The notes beneath the pieces are model-generated. The model had not been told where the DNA came from. It did no database searches and saw nothing but the letters and a program-made list of their open reading frames with translations. The position numbers and the translations under genes were made by a program. From Eledone cirrhosa (Eukaryota): a stretch of DNA of 64,000 nt. The stretch lies in the NCBI GenBank assembly GCA_964016885.1, contig OZ024747.1, positions 37,510,001 through 37,574,000 on the forward strand, in the 5' to 3' direction. Of the stretch, positions 39,855 to 52,319 are shown in pieces; within the stretch, counting starts at the first letter, position 1, and each line of letters opens with the position of its first letter.

Positions 39855-41450
39855 TCTATGTCCTTACGTCATACCTCTCCTGGTCTTGATGATGTTGCAT
39901 ACCTGCTTCTCAAACGTGGTGGGTACTTCCTTCTGCACCAGTTATCACACTTCTTTCAATTCTGTCTGAACAACAGTGCAACTCCAGAACAGTGGAAAAC
40001 TGCCAGTGTCATTCCTCTGTTCAAAGAGGGTGACCACACATCACCTGTCAGTCTTACTAGCTGCATTGCCAAACTGATGGAATCCTGTGTCAGAGAAACA
40101 CTTTAGAACTTCTGGAACTCTCACAGTCTTATCCAGCCCTCGCAATTTGCATTTATCCCTAATTCCAGCTGCTGTGATCAACTTATCGAATTTCTTGAAG
40201 ACATCACCCAGATCACTGATGGCGGCTCATGGGTGGATGTTGTTTACCTTGACTTTGCTAAATTTCAATTCTGTGCCACACGAAAGACTTATGGCAAAAT
40301 TCTCTGCAATGGGTGTGAAGGATGATCTTTCTTAACTAGTTGAAGTCCTTCATTCTCAGTCGAAGAGAGGTAGTCATGGTTCTAGGACAGCATTCCTCAC
40401 CGTATGAGATGTCATCTGGTGTACCACAGCGATCTGTTCTTGGCCCCCTTTTGTTTGTGGCATATATTAATGACATAGATGCCAACTTAAAGAATGCCAC
40501 AGTACTGAAATATGCAGATGACATCAAGCTGTACCTTGAGATAAAAAGGACAGATCCTGAACACTATAGTTCTTTCCTGCAATCAGACCTGGACACAATG
40601 CAACAATGGATCACGGACTGGCAACTCAAGCTGGCTGTGGACAATTGTACCATGCATTTTGTGAGTAAAAACCCAGCGTCCACATACTCCCTACACAACA
40701 CTAATATCAAGAAGTCTTCTTGTGAATGTGACCTGGGCATTATTGTCAGCAGTGATTTTCGCTGGACGAAGGACATCTCTAAAATTGTCAAGAAGGCTGA
40801 GGGTGTCTTAGCATCACTCAGCAAGACCTTTGTCAGCCGCTCTCCAGCTATCTATTTAAAGCTGTATATAGCTATGGCGCGGCCACACTTAGAATTTGCA
40901 TCACCAGTCTGGAACCCCTAACTTGCTCAGAACATTGACCACCTGGAAACTGTTCAGAGACGTGCAACCAAGCAAATACCCTCCATCAGGCATCTACCAT
41001 ACTCTGAATGCCTTGCTTCCTTAGGCATGGATACATTGAAGCTCCAACGTCTGGCAACTGACTTGGTAAACACCCACAAAATCATTAACCTTTTTGATTT
41101 CCATGTGTCTAACACATGTGGGCATGCCTACTAACTCGGAAAACAGCACAGCTCCCATGACTTTCGGAAACATTTTTTCACACTCAGAGTTGCTGAAACA
41201 TGGAACAAACTACCTGCATCAGTTGTTAGCTGTCGAGACACTGCATCCTTTAAAACCTCCATGCTTCCTGAGATTCGCCAACACTACACCTAATGTTCCT
41301 CCTCCATACACACGCACACATGTATTTCATGACTTGTACACTATTCATTTTCCTGACATTTGTACATTATTCTATGTACTATACATGCACCTTTGATGAG
41401 TTGTAGTGCATCTGAACACTGTACACAATAATTTCATTATTATTATTATT
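39855..41450 (+). mobile_element. CR1-clade LINE, 5'-truncated and decayed
   Basis: SGVPQRSVLGPLLFVAYIND, KYADD, RPHLEFASPVWNP; (ATT)n tail. Confidence 0.9.
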
Positions 41451-41455
41451 ACCAA

Positions 41456-41648
41456 GGGCGGTGGATTGGCATTATCGGTAGAGGGTCGGACGCCATGCTT
41501 TGCAGCATAGAGTTATGTCCCTTTACGGTATTGGTTAAAATCCCGTCGAGGTTAACTTTGCCTTTCATCCTTACGGGGTCGATAAAATAAAGTTCCAGTA
41601 ATGCACTGGGTAATTGCTGGCCTTGTGCCAAATGTAGAAACAATTATT
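41456..41648 (+). mobile_element. tRNA-derived SINE with Meta/MESC-like core and (ATT)n tail
   Basis: Core CTTTGCCTTTCATCCTTACGGGGTCGATAAAATAAAG, flanked by direct repeat ATTATTACCAAG. Domain name is from recall. Confidence 0.8.
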
Positions 41649-42209
41649 ACCAAGATTTGGTTGTTTTTTACAGCAGGACAAGCGATCGTGTAGAAGCTGC
41701 TTCGATGTAACCTTGAGCAGGGTTCTTTATTTCACGTTGCTCCAGTCCACTAAGCTGGCAAAAATGAGTTAAACCTGTAATTCAAGGAGCCAGCATTGTC
41801 ACACATTGTGTCACGCTGAATCTCCCTGAGAAAGATGTACGTGTGTGTGAAATGCACAGCCACTTACACGTTAATTTCACGAGTAGACAGTTCCATTGAT
41901 TGAATCCACTGGAGCACTCGTCGTTGGAAAAGACGGAGGCCCAACAACACATGGCGGAAAACACCGATATAAACATGACTTTATAGAAAAAGGAAACAGA
42001 CATTACAAGAGATGTCACATACCACGAACAAACGGTTGGTGTAGGAAGAGGGGGTATTAACGAAAGTTACAGTCAGACATGAGCTATAAACAAATCCAAA
42101 GACACAATCTTCGGTAGCTTTACAATACAAAAAGCGAAATAGATCTTTCAACGAAATCAAAATATTCGCAGAGTTCATTTCGTATATACACGTTAAGGTT
42201 AGGATTTCG

Positions 42210-42260
<51 letters not shown>

Positions 42261-42421
42261 CGGGACATGCGAAAAGAATCCGGTGAATAGGGTTAGATAT
42301 TCTCATTTTTTAAAAATAAAATCTATTGTAACCGTACAAAAATCAAATGTGTATTTGTAGCGAAATTACGTACACAACCCTTAGACATTAATATCTTCAA
42401 ATAAATATATTATCAACTTAC

Positions 42422-42517
42422 TGTTTTCTTTGGTAAAAGCATTTCTTTAACCATAGCATCCATTAACCGTTCCCTTTCTTCATGATAACGACGTTGTTGT
42501 TCAAGTATCGTCTCCAT
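42422..42517 (-). CDS. SF3A3: SF3A3 coding exon 1
   Basis: Reverse strand reads METILEQQRRYHEERERLMDAMVKEMLLPKKT, the SF3a60/Prp9 N-terminus. Kozak ccaacATGG, donor GTAAG, 96 nt. Confidence 0.97.
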
Positions 42518-43105
42518 GTTGGCTAGTAAATATTATAAAGTAAAGCTATGCTATATTTTATTTTATTTTTAAAAACTAATTAAACAAAAAAACATTTTCA
42601 AAATGTTAAGAATAAACAGATTGTGTTTATATTTAATTTTAGCGTCAAGCTTTTAAAGAAATATTTTCTAAATACAAATATAACCCTTGTCGTGTATATA
42701 CTACGAAACAGAGTTTTTAGCAACCTGTTTATAAATATAAACACGGCTTCATTTTCTTAACATTCATATACGACAGATACAAGAAATTCAGGTAGAAATA
42801 AAGATAAAATATAAGATTTTGTTGAAAATTATTCGATGGAAAAAATACAATTATTTGAAATACATTGTAAAAATGAAAGTGTTGTAATTTGTATAGCGAT
42901 ACAGAAGCATAAACAGGCATTATACTTGTCTGTGTAATTATATAAGGGTAAATTGAGACAAAACGGGCTATATAGCGAAAATAATGAAAATCCTTTAGTA
43001 TCCTCGCGAAATATGACTAGAAACCAAATCAAAATCATATATCAATATAATCACATATATTTAATAATAGTATTTATAGGAAAAATTCAATCACTTCTTT
43101 GTAGT

Positions 43106-43177
43106 GGCCTCGTGGCGCAACGGTAGCGCGTCTGACTCCAGATCAGAAGGCTGCGTGTTCGAATCACGTCGGGGTCA
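43106..43177 (+). tRNA. tRNA-Trp (CCA)
   Basis: 72-nt canonical metazoan tRNA-Trp (GGCCTCGTGGCGCAACGG...CTCCAGA...GTTCGAATCACGTCGGGGTCA) with intact A/B boxes and a T6 Pol III terminator at about 43185-43190. Confidence 0.97.
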
Positions 43178-44179
43178 TAATAAATTTTTTAGTAAAAGTG
43201 TTTGGGTTTTCGAATATATATGATATTCATCGTGGTGGCATACTTTTTCAGTTCATCCAGGCTATCAGTACTTCCATATTTTACAAAGCTGACAACCGGC
43301 AAGAGACATTGGGGTAGACCCCGTGCAAGATGATTGGATAATATCGGCAGCTCTCGGTAGGAGATCCAACCGATCAAAGGAAAAAAGAAAAGTATCGGCC
43401 ACTCTCTGAATTGTTTCACAGATTGCGGCTGGAGCATATGGCGTCCTGGAACAACCCCATACTTCATTCCCGAACCATCTCCTTATTTTATTACGATCGG
43501 ATAGAGATGGCCATTCATAAAGACGAGCCCCCTAAGTCGGATTAACTCTTTCAGTTCATCTCCTTCGAAATAATTTATTTGTCATTGTCAGCCGAGGCAT
43601 AAAACAACAACGATAAAAGGAACACACAGAGCAACGTATAAAATCAGAATCGAGCGAAAAGGTGTATAAGTATGGACCCGTAACAACTCAAAGCAGAAGA
43701 TTTCTTCCCAACAAGAAGTGAGAAAGAGATATAGAGGAAGAATTGACTCCAATACTGAACTGCTATTTTTTTTTTTTTTTTTTTAATCGACGTCGAAATG
43801 GATGAAGGGAAAAGTTGATCTTGGCGAGATTTGAACTCAGAGCGCAAAGCATTTTCTATGGCATTCTAACGACTCTGTCAGTTCGTCGCCTTCGTGTGTA
43901 ATTACAGAGGAACAATTAGAAACATTCACTTCATTATCTTGGGAAAATATTGATTTGAACCTGCTAGCAATAGCGTAGTAATATCTCTTCACTTCCATTT
44001 AAACAAAACTGTTTGTTTCCTATTCAGTGAGATGTGGACCACACATAGTGCTGAGATATAGTCTTTTCTAATTAAAATATCACATGATCCACATGACAGA
44101 TGCAAAGTGTTCGAACGCGGAAGAGCTGGACTCCCACTGTCATCGCCTCCATCGCTCTGTATTATGAGCAATTGGGGTC

Positions 44180-45370
44180 CCGTGTGCTGGCCGCTCCACA
44201 GCCCAGTCAAACAGAATGGAGAAGGCGTTTCCCCGAAGGATGGTAAGCAAGATGCGCTGGAAGAGCCATTCCATCTCGCGAGGCCCACACCTGCGGCTGG
44301 CCAGCTCAGCGCCTATGGTGGTAAGTAGGGAGGTAGCCCTAGGGCCAAGGACACCAGAAGTTTCCACTGCCAAGGGTACGACTGCAAATCTGTCGGAGAG
44401 CGAGCGGTACTTGGAGAGTTTGCCCTCCTCAGCCCGAAGTGCAGTAGAACCTGGGTTAGTTGCAGACTGCACCGGGTTGCGGCTGGAGAAAGTGGCACTG
44501 CAAGTGCATCCCAGACGAGGGGTTTGCCACCGCGGAACGGGAAGATGGTCACCCCGTCTGGCCTTTTTCCACCACTTCGGTACATCCTCACCGGCTCGAG
44601 CGGGGAGAGGAAGCCTGCAGCATCCAAGCCATGCTTTATGACCTCGTCGAGGGCAGCATGTCCAGGCGGCCAGCACTGTAGCAACAGGAAAGCGGGTTGA
44701 GGCCTAAAGAGTCCACGGTGGATCCGCAGCGACATTGGTGTGGCTCGCAGGTCGGCCAAACCTCAGGGAAACGCCGATGCGCAGGCTATCGTTGTCCAGC
44801 TGCGTACCAGTGGAGAAGGAGGGTAAGGCATGGAACCAGGCACCACTGTGGGGTTTGGAGGCCGCGCGGAAACAGGCAAATTGGTGCGGCAAAGCCAGCG
44901 AGATCGGGGACCGGATGCCAAGGCCATCATATCTAACAGGTAAGGTGGCCTGTTGCCATCCAATGTCGTCAAACCTGACGTTGCATATCTCCTCAGCTGC
45001 CGCTCGGATACAAGCCTCGAGGTCAGCGAGGAGAGATGCGTGGCTGTAACACGAAGCGCTTCAGCATGGCGAAACAGTTCCTCAACAGGAAAAGGGCAGG
45101 GTGACCGACAATCATGCACAGTCGGCTCGTGAGGGTCTTGAATTTCTGGAGCCTGGACCTGTGGTAGAGCGGATGGCCGGTAGGTGGATCGGCGACCCGA
45201 GGTTGAGGACATCCTCTTGGGGGTCACCTGTACCTGGAGGAGAATAGACCACACGCCAGAGACAGAGACAGCAAAGCTCTCAGAATCGTGGTTGACATTC
45301 ACCACCTTTGACTCGGACGAGTTGACCTGGAGGCCGATTACCGCCAGAGCAGGATGAAGGAATGGCGCCC
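44180..45370 (-). mobile_element. CRE-clade-like non-LTR retrotransposon fragment (RLE domain)
   Basis: SGAWFHALPS..LRIGVSLRFG, KRPDG..LVWD, VPLAVETSG, FQRI..ILRGNA across frameshifts. Confidence 0.8.
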
Positions 45371-45689
45371 CGGGTGACACTTTTATGGAGACGGCACTTT
45401 AAGAGGGAGTCACTGTGCTAATCTTTTTTTATTGGGAGGTGGCGTGGCTGGAAGAAGGTCAATCTCAAGGGCTCTTTCAGGCAGCACTTCCTCGAGCTAC
45501 GCTACTGCCTGCCGACTGATGTTTGCGGATTTAATTTAAAATTTTAGTAAGAGCTCCATTTACACCCAATTAGTCTTTACGACGCCACAATCTATTGTAC
45601 CTATTTCAAGTTAATCAATTATTTCCCTATATCATTTACCAATGGTCATTCATTCCATGCAAACTCTTTCAAACTGGACTAAGATTTAA

Positions 45690-45797
<108 letters not shown>

Positions 45798-45917
45798 TTA
45801 GGTTTGTTGGTTCACCTCTGGTAAATCTCGATGTAATATTATGGAGAGTACTGAACGTAATGCAGCTCACCCGTCTTCGTTTGTGTAGTTGGTGGTGCGA
45901 GTACGGAGTTAATTATT

Positions 45918-46250
45918 ATAATAAAATAACAGGAGGCTGAACTTGTGTAGACCCTTGAAAGGTTTATTATACTATGATCATTTCAATGACCGGGTTCCGT
46001 ATGAATCCGGTGATATCATCAGGTATTCGAAATATAACAAAGGAATATAACAGATAAAATCCATGGGGCTGAAAATCATAGACAAGAGGACGACCGACCA
46101 TCTAGCATCTTCTACTTTAGTCGGTCGCCCTCAAGTGTTGGCTATTCGGTCTACTTATGACCATCTGGTGAGGGGGCGAAAGCTTATAATGTACTACTAC
46201 CTCTCCGTCAAAGAGAAAAAAGAAGAAAGAAAGAAAGAAAGAAAGAAAGC

Positions 46251-46285
<35 letters not shown>

Positions 46286-46490
46286 GAAGAAAGAAAAAAA
46301 GAAGAAAAGTCAGCGTTAAGGTCATGCTACAATCAGGCTAGAAATTGTCGCGAAAAATGTTTTACCAAAGAACCTATATCTTAACAGAGGCATATAGTGG
46401 GCGTCTGTATGGTATAATGTGTGAACAGAAAATTGGAACGTTAAACTTGTGTTTAGAGTTATAGGATGAGATTAAAGAAATTTAAAAATA

Positions 46491-46521
<31 letters not shown>

Positions 46522-46800
46522 AAAAGAAAAAAAAGAAAAAAAGAAAAAAAAGAAAAAAAGAAAAAAAAGGAAAAAAAGAAAAAAAAGAAAAAAAAAGTTT
46601 AAGGTTTGGGTTGTGAGATTTAGTTAAAGAATTTTCAGAGAGAGTCTTATATGAAAAAGTTTAAGTGTATTTTAGAGATTCTCGATAAGTTTTCAGGGTG
46701 GGATATAGAGTAAAGATTAAGCCCTTGTTTAGCAGAAATGATCATAGTATAATAAACCTTTCAAGGATTTACACAAGTCCAGCCTCCTGTTATTTATTAT
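45918..46800. mobile_element. Unclassified element with about 66-bp terminal inverted repeats
   Basis: 45918-45984 is the reverse complement of 46735-46800; internal (GAAA)n and (GA7)n arrays. Confidence 0.7.
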
Positions 46801-46895
46801 TATTATTCTGCAACCTCAACGGGAAGTAACTCCAGCTACTTCCTGTCTAGAGAGCGCTACATATGTATATATCTATATATCTATATCTATATCTA

Positions 46896-46948
<53 letters not shown>

Positions 46949-46969
46949 AAAAATTGAACAGGGACAGAA

Positions 46970-47891
46970 CAGAGAGGCAGTACGACAAATGTTTATTAGC
47001 TTCACGCTCAGGAGAGTGGGGGGTAGGTGGAGGACGACGTTTCGGGCATAAGCCCTTCTTCGGGTAAGAGTTCAAAAGGTGTGTAGGGGAGTGGTGGAGA
47101 GACATATAGCGAAAGGAAACGGTGCGAATGAAAAATTAACAAATAAAGACAAAATTATAATAAATAATAAATAAAAATAAAGCATGATCAAAATACAAGG
47201 AATGAGAACATTTAAAAATAAAGGCATGATCAAAATAAACTGAAATTAAAAGGGGGGTAAACAGGTGGTGGAAGGGTGTGGGGTGAGTAGAGGTGGAGGC
47301 GGGTGGAGTGGGGAGAGGGAGACGGGGTGTCCGAGCGGGGAGGGCTGAAGGTGGTGTGTGTGGTTAGGTGTGTGTGTGTGTGTGTGTATGTGAAAGTGAG
47401 GGTTGGGGGAAGAACGGGGTTGCATGTTCAGGAAGGTGTGTGTGGGGGGTGTTTTTGTGTGTCGGAGGGTCTGTGCGTGTGTGGATAGGGGGTGGGGGGA
47501 GAGGAATCAGGGGGCTGAGGGTGTAAATATGTGGTGGGAAGCACGTGTGTGTGGTTTAAGCGTGTTGTGGGTGTGGGTGGCGTGTGGATAAAAAAATTTG
47601 TTTTGGGATGTGTGTGTGGGTGAGTTATATAGGTGATGGTGTTAGAGGATGGTTGAAAGTGGTAAGTTACACGGATGTATGGAGATTTTGGTTGGAAGTC
47701 AAAACGCGTGTGGGTAATCCAAGAAGCGGTGGTCGGAAGAGGAGAGATGTGGGGTGCGCGCGCAACAGGAAGTGGTCAGCAGTGGAAGTGCTGTGGTCAG
47801 TGGGTGCTGAGACAGTGGTCGGAAGGGCATAGCAGCAGTCAGCGGAATGGTAGGGAGGCGAGGATGGGTAGGTGTGAGAGTTGGAGTGAGG

Positions 47892-47940
<49 letters not shown>

Positions 47941-48615
47941 TAGTAGGGGTGTTAGTGGGATGAGTGAGTGTGGAGTGGGGAGAGAAGGGTGTGTGTGGTT
48001 CTGTGGAGGGAGTGTGGTGTACTGGTGTGTGTGTAGTTTGGTGAGGAGGTGTTAGTGGGTGTTAGTAGACGGGAGGTGGGGAGGGGTGGAATGCAGGTGT
48101 GAGTGGGGGTTAGTGGGGGTAGGGTGTGTAGAGTGGTGGTGTACGAGGGTGTGTGGGTACGTGTGCGTGGGGTTGGAGGGTGTTAGTGATGTTAGTTGCG
48201 TGTGGGGTGGGTGGTGTAAGTGTGTGCGTGTGATAAGGAGGGGGGAGGAGGAGAAGAGGGGAGGGAAGGGATGTTAGTATGTTAGTTGGGGAAGGGTGGT
48301 TAGATGAGGGGTGGAGTGGGGGTGTTAGTATTGTTAGTGTGGGGTGGGCGGTGAAAAGGAGGGGTGTGTTAGTGGTGTTAGTGGGGGATAAGGGGGGAGG
48401 GGGGGGCGGTCGAACGCTAAAGGAATAAGGGTGGGGAGTTCAGGCCGGGGGGGGGGTCTGTAAGATGAAGATAGTACGTTGTTCGACCGTGAGGCGATGG
48501 GCGGGTGTTCCGTGGCACTGGAGTAGGCCACAGACTGTGAGATGGTGTGCGGAGTGTCCAGGGCCACCAAAGTGGCGGGCGATGGGGGAACTGCCCCCGA
48601 GGTGAATGTTGCTTT
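46970..48615 (-). mobile_element. Penelope-like element 3' portion
   Basis: Minus frame SPIARHFGGPGHSAHHLTVCGLLQC..VEQRTIFILQT..PGLN (GIY-YIG C-terminus), long CA-rich tract, hammerhead-like motif at about 47030-47063, then AATAAA. Confidence 0.78.
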
Positions 48616-49056
48616 CACTTCAATTTATTATATATTTATAAGTTTATAATTTTACAAATCTACAAATTTATAAATTTCTGGTTGGTTGGTTGGTTCCACA
48701 ACCAGATAGTTGTTTATATATAGTTATAGTCTTTTCGTCACACACTCTGTGACCTCTTCAGTGACTGGGGATTCCTTTCTTTGTTTCTGTTCCTTTCCTT
48801 TCTTCTGTCCTACGCCATTTTGTTTCTGTGTGTGTCAGAAACAAAATGGCGTAGGACAGAAGAAAGGAAAGGCACAGAAACAAAGAAAGGAATCCCCAGT
48901 CACTGAAGAGGTCACAGAGTGTGTGACGAAAGGACTATGACTATATATAAACAACTATCTGGTTGTGGAACCAACCAACTAACCAGAAATTTATAAATTT
49001 GTAGATTTGTAAATTTATAAACTTATAAATATATAATAAATTGAAGTGAAAGCAAC
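48608..49056. repeat. 449-bp near-perfect palindrome (221-bp arms, 7-nt loop)
   Basis: 48608-48828 is the reverse complement of 48836-49056 with only a few mismatches; loop TGTGTGT. Confidence 0.96.
48898..48942 (+). ncRNA. Minimal type I hammerhead ribozyme motif
   Basis: agtca-CTGAAGA-g-gtcaca(gagtg)tgtgac-GAAA-ggac-TA-tgact. Mirror copy on the minus strand at 48722-48766. Confidence 0.68.
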
Positions 49057-49100
49057 TGGTGCGTGTGTTTCTTATTGGCAACATGACCCTCCCAAAGTAT

Positions 49101-49212
<112 letters not shown>

Positions 49213-49273
49213 CACAAGGCTCTGATACCATCAACACCATAAACACAGACCTGGCATATCTAAGAACTGACTA

Positions 49274-49329
49274 ACTGCCTGATGAGGTCATAGCCATTCA
49301 ATGGCTAACATCGAAATATATATAGCAGT
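49274..49329 (+). ncRNA. Minimal type I hammerhead ribozyme motif
   Basis: actgc-CTGATGA-stem II with tagccat/atggcta hairpin-GAAA-tatataTA-gcagt, followed by AATAAA. Confidence 0.75.
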
Positions 49330-49370
49330 AAATAAAGGATTATGAGTTCATGCAATTGAATTATGTTTCG

Positions 49371-49454
<84 letters not shown>

Positions 49455-49458
49455 CATA

Positions 49459-49882
49459 TGTAGCGCTTTCTAGACAGGAAGTAGCTGGAGTTACTTCCCG
49501 TTGAGGTTGCAGAACCTTCTTTGTGACTTCCGTCCAGGGAACTATAAAGGAGAGAGATGAAAGCTATCTCGCTCTCTTTTCACCTTTTGGCTGCCTGGCC
49601 TCTCGGCCAGGCGCGTTCCGCCGTAGGTATACTCTCTCCATTCCTGACTGTTAAAAGGTAAACAACTAAATTTCTTTCGTCGTGAAATCACTCGCCAACA
49701 TGAGACACAACAACTTAACCACGGCCTGGCAACATCTCCGCCAGTAGACCGTGCCTCCTGAATTCCTTAATTCATCATTTCATCTCTCTTGGCATGCCAG
49801 CTATTCAGCTCTACTCAGCTCAATCTTCGTAAATAAATATTGTACATACAACTCAGTGTCCTGTTATAATTGGTGACCCCGA
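49459..49882 (+). mobile_element. LTR plus tRNA-Trp primer-binding site (probably Ty3/Gypsy)
   Basis: TG start, TATAAA 49543, AATAAA 49832, then TGGTGACCCCGA at 49871-49882; no gag-pol follows. Confidence 0.75.
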
Positions 49883-49987
49883 GAAAAAAATAATAGGACT
49901 TGGTGTTGTGTGAATATGGAAAAAAGAATATTAATTAGCAGTATTTAAAAAAGAAAAAAATTCTTTAACAACATTCCACATGGAGCG

Positions 49988-50130
<143 letters not shown>

Positions 50131-50628
50131 CTTTATAAACAACAATCAAAGAGTGTTGAGAATATTTAATCACTTACGTTCGTTTCATCTTAGCACAAGA
50201 CCGGATTCATCGGACTATATAATAAATATAATATCAGATGTTTGTCATAAGAACATTTGAGGATACATAAAATGGGAAGTAAGAATAAGTATCAACATTT
50301 ATATAAGAGAAGATAGCAAAGGTAGAAGAAGCATATGAAAAATATGAGTATGTAAATGTAAATAATGAAATTAGGAGCAACTAAAAGCTTTAAAAATTCT
50401 ATAAACATGCTGGTATAGAGAAACATGCTGCTATAAGGAAGTTAAGTATAGTTCAAGGCATATCATAATTAGTAAATAAACATATATCATAAGCATTACA
50501 AAAGTTTACAAAGTTAATAAGAGCAGGTGTGCAGATCCAATATAAATTTCAGAATATAAAAATACATCTCTAAAATATATTTTAATAAAAAGATCGACTG
50601 CGTCATTCAGTCATAAAGTTAAACTATT

Positions 50629-51058
50629 CGGTGGATTGGCAGTATCTGTAGAGAGTCGGGCACCATGCTTTGACGCATAGAATTACGGCCCTTGCCATTC
50701 TGAGTTCAAATCCCGCCGAGGTTAACTTTACCTTTCATCCTTACGGGGTCAATAAAATAAAGTACCAGTAATTGCTGGCCTTGTGCCAAAAGTAGAAAAG
50801 ATTATGTCGGCTGGGTGTAGTCAGCAAAATAAACATCAAATAAAGGTTAAAGTGTTAACAGGGCGGTGGATTGGCAGTATCAGTAGAGGGTCGGATGTCA
50901 TGCTTTGCAGCAAAGAGTTACGGCCCTTTATGGTCTGAGTTTAAATCCCGCCGAGGTTAACTTTGCCTTTCATCCTTACGGGGTCGATAAAATATATACC
51001 AGTAATACACTGGCATAATTGCTGTCCTTGTGCCAAAAGTAAAAAAAATTATCATTAT
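50629..51058 (+). mobile_element. Two adjacent copies of the Meta-like SINE
   Basis: 50629-50805 and 50861-51058 each match 41456-41648. Confidence 0.85.
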
Positions 51059-51122
51059 TACTCTAGATATGTGATTCCCTACAGACCAATCCACTCAGCT
51101 CTAATAATAATAATAATAATAA

Positions 51123-51630
51123 CCACATTCTGAGAAGAGGTATGAGCATAAGCCAGAGTCGGTGATAGAAAACGATCAGGTGAAGGTGCTGTGGGATTTT
51201 AGGATTCAGACGGACAAGAAACTGGAACACAATAGACCTGACCTGGTGGTTTTGGACAAGAAAAAAAGATCGTGCCTAATTGTGGATGTGGCCCGCCCAT
51301 TCGACACGAGAGTGCAAGAGAAGGGGAGGGAGAAAATTAACAGATACCAGGACTTATAGTGGGAGGTAAAAAGGATTTGGAACTGCCATGAAGTCAAAGT
51401 GGGTCCGATTGTCATAGGCGCACTAGATACTATCTCAAAAAGTTTCCAGGGATGGTTAAAGAAAATTGGCCCCGCCCCGCTTTTTGGAAAACTTCAAAAG
51501 GCATGCTTGCTGGGAACAGCAAGAACCCTCCGATATGTCCTGAATATCTGAGGCTGCAGGTAGTGGCTTGATATTAATTTCAACAAACTTTCCAGTTAAC
51601 TAACATCAATGACTGAGACTCAAAGAACAA
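51123..51630 (+). mobile_element. R4/Dong-like RLE retrotransposon 3' fragment
   Basis: LWDFRIQTD..HNRPDLVV..IVDVA.PFD; (AAT)n on both sides. Confidence 0.9.
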
Positions 51631-51634
51631 TAAC

Positions 51635-51687
<53 letters not shown>

Positions 51688-51690
<3 letters not shown>

Positions 51691-52305
51691 TTTCTTTATT
51701 AACCACAAGGGTTTACATAAAGTAGACATTAAGGACAGTGCAGGACAATGCAGGACGGTACAAATGGGCATTTCTGCGTGTAAAAAACAAAAACAGAGGA
51801 TGTAACAAAAATAACAATGAAAATAACAATGAAAAATTCCCCAATAGGGGGGAGACTTCGGAGGGACATTTGTGGAGAAAGCCCAGTAAAAAGCCACAAT
51901 GACCCTGACCACCAAGGCAAGTGCCCTCTCCCAGTTTTCCACCTTTAATTTACAGATATATGCTCAGAGTAGGCCCATTCACTCGGGCCATTCTTGCTTC
52001 TCTCACCCATCTTTCAACAAAATGCTGGGAAGAGAGCACTTCCCTCTCTACTCTGATTTTCCTTTTCAAATGAAATTTGAAAAAGTCAATCAGAGCATCA
52101 CCGAAGAGGTAAGTGCTCGTCTTCAGCCCTTTCAAACGTGTCCACCATACTATCTCTTTCGCCATGGCCACCAGGCAGATAAAAACTGCCTGCCCTTCCC
52201 GGCTAAAGGAGGAGGGCGGGGCAATCCTCACGATGGACTCAGATGATAGCCGGATCCGTCCTAAACGCGACAGCAGGTGTTCGACATAAACCCACAAGTC
52301 AGCAA
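51688..52305 (-). mobile_element. Tx1/L1-clade LINE 3' fragment
   Basis: AKEIVWWTR..FKFHLKRKIRVER C-terminus, 3' UTR with AATAAA, (ATT)n tail. Confidence 0.85.
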
Positions 52306-52319
52306 TTTTAATAATAATC

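Noticed and set aside
47270-48400. G-rich tract as telomere or gene
   Set aside because: There is no regular TTAGGG array or coherent ORF; it fits the low-complexity 3' region of the Penelope-like element.
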